DNA from: Balanoglossus misakiensis
Taxonomy: Eukaryota > Animalia > Hemichordata
Direction of reading: 5' to 3'
NCBI GenBank assembly: GCA_040954595.2
Contig: CM082588.2
Location: 5,272,156 to 5,336,155 of the forward strand
DNA: 64,000 bases
In this document: piece by piece, positions 62,473-64,000 of the stretch
How the letters are laid out: every line of letters starts with the position of its first letter
Position numbering within the stretch: position 1 is the first letter of the stretch
The notes under the pieces: generated by a model
Seen by the model: only the letters and a program-made list of their open reading frames with translations
What the model was told of the DNA's origin: nothing
Database searches by the model: none
Made by a program: the position numbers and the translations under genes

Positions 62473-63990
62473 ATGCGGATGGTTCAAGATACAAGAGCTT
62501 GCCGAGCGTACACTTTCGGGGTGCTATGTACCATTTGTCTAGTGGCCATAGTGGTGAGCAACCATCTTTATGTAGCCAGCAACTCCAACAGGAAAGTACC
62601 TATTCTTCGGTCTGTTCCCTTTCCAAACACGGGAAAGCAAACGTCATCGTACTCAGAATATTTGCCGGGGATTGATCATGAACGGCTTGATAAAGTAGTC
62701 AACCGAATGAAATTCTTCAGAGAACAGACACTGATAGAAGAAATAGAATGGGGAGAATTTGGACTCACGCAAGACAGCTATTGGAAAGCTTTGACTCGCA
62801 ATACTTCGTTTGACGTGTTGAAGGAGTCGTTCAGAGACGTTTTGTTGACTGGTCGCAAGCTGAAGATCGGTTTGTCTGGGGGTTCCATATCTACGGGGCT
62901 GTGCGCCGGACCGGAGAATTTATATCCGGAGCGATTGAAGAACAACCTGCAATTTATACTCGGTAGCCCCGTTGTTGTAGAAAATGGTGCCCTTGGATCG
63001 ACGGGTTCGCTGTTTCACGTGTACTGCATGGACACTTTCCTGAATTTGAATGAAATCGACGTTTTGCTGTGGGAATTCGCCGTCAATGACAACGCCCTCA
63101 ATCGCACCTGCATCGCCCAGGAGCTATTCACGATTAAGGTACTGAAGTTGCCGAAAGTACCCGAGTTAGTCTACGTTAATCTTTTAATGATTAAAGAGGA
63201 ATCGGGTAAAAGTATAAGTAGTTGTAATACCCAACAGACGTACGCCAATACCTGTAGTAAACCGTTGACGAAACACTACAATATTCCATCGATGGACTTT
63301 CGAAGTGTGGTGTGCGATCTTGCAACATCAGGAACACACGAAGATTTCATGTGCCCAATTGGACCTAATTCCCACCCGGACATAAAATTTCACAGCATCG
63401 TTGGAACGTATCTCTCGCGCTTGTTTGTAGATGTTTTAGAGGAGGCGACAATCTCCCTTCGGAAAGAAAACGAGACGGGATCTGTATCTGTTGAACAGAG
63501 AGTGAAAAAACCGAATGCTTTGCCACCACCGTTGTTCCCATCCAAACAGATAGTGACAAGCCAGTGTTGGTCCGCTTCCATACCGCCCACGGGGATGCAT
63601 TTCCCGCTCATCCCGATTAGGAACGGAACATGGAAGCTTCTCATCCCGGTGATGGGACGAGGCAGAATGGACCACAAAAACGTGTGGCTTTCAACCGAGG
63701 CCAATAGCACCATCGTCTTTCCCGTGAACATCGAACGTTGCGTAGGTGGGAATTCTCGTCTATACATCGCCATTTTGCTGTGCAAAGACTGCGGAATCGG
63801 CAAAGCCTGGCTGGACGACCTTCCATCGGTCGAGATAGACCCTCGTGGCAAATACGCGCTGGGTATGATTTTCCAGATCGCGGACAGCGTCTCTCGCGGC
63901 TATCACACCGTCAGTGTGAGTGCGTCAACGCCGGGATTTTGTCTGGTTGCTGTGATAAGCGCATGTGAGCGCCCCATCGATGAGGAGTAA
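62473..63990 (+). CDS. Type II membrane-anchored SGNH/GDSL-hydrolase-like protein, tandem copy 2, intronless CDS, ~505 aa
   Basis: Full-length paralog of 58683-60233 with the same motifs. First in-frame ATG at 62473 (the track ORF starts at TTG 62461), preceded by a polypyrimidine tract and acceptor TGCAG at ~62454-62458. Confidence 0.8.
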   Translation: MRMVQDTRACRAYTFGVLCTICLVAIVVSNHLYVASNSNRKVPILRSVPFPNTGKQTSSYSEYLPGIDHERLDKVVNRMKFFREQTLIEEIEWGEFGLTQDSYWKALTRNTSFDVLKESFRDVLLTGRKLKIGLSGGSISTGLCAGPENLYPERLKNNLQFILGSPVVVENGALGSTGSLFHVYCMDTFLNLNEIDVLLWEFAVNDNALNRTCIAQELFTIKVLKLPKVPELVYVNLLMIKEESGKSISSCNTQQTYANTCSKPLTKHYNIPSMDFRSVVCDLATSGTHEDFMCPIGPNSHPDIKFHSIVGTYLSRLFVDVLEEATISLRKENETGSVSVEQRVKKPNALPPPLFPSKQIVTSQCWSASIPPTGMHFPLIPIRNGTWKLLIPVMGRGRMDHKNVWLSTEANSTIVFPVNIERCVGGNSRLYIAILLCKDCGIGKAWLDDLPSVEIDPRGKYALGMIFQIADSVSRGYHTVSVSASTPGFCLVAVISACERPIDEE

Positions 63991-64000
63991 GAAACATTAA

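Overview
Eukaryotic, intron-rich animal DNA, probably a marine invertebrate (inferred from gene content and repeat style; the species cannot be identified). Exon chains were reconstructed by hand from GT-AG sites with consistent phases. The window holds: one exon encoding a signal peptide plus a BCMA/TACI-type TNF-receptor cysteine-rich domain (- strand, ~15.4 kb); two tandem 6-exon lambda-crystallin/L-gulonate 3-dehydrogenase (CRYL1) genes; a 9-coding-exon OATP/SLCO4-like transporter (-); a 5-exon bHLH-Orange repressor of the Hey/Helt/DEC-cwo group with paired E-boxes upstream, followed by a ~13 kb gene-free region; a 5-exon creatinase (bacterial-type creatine amidinohydrolase) with a mitochondrial-presequence-like N-terminus; and two tandem type II membrane SGNH-hydrolase-like genes with intronless CDS and gene-conversion-like tracts. 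It also contains several TTAA- and TA-flanked MITEs, a 40-bp minisatellite and microsatellites. The most interesting item is the spliced, apparently mitochondria-targeted creatinase, which suggests enzymatic creatine catabolism in an animal. I found no supportable gene model in 1-15 kb and no rRNA, tRNA or CRISPR array.
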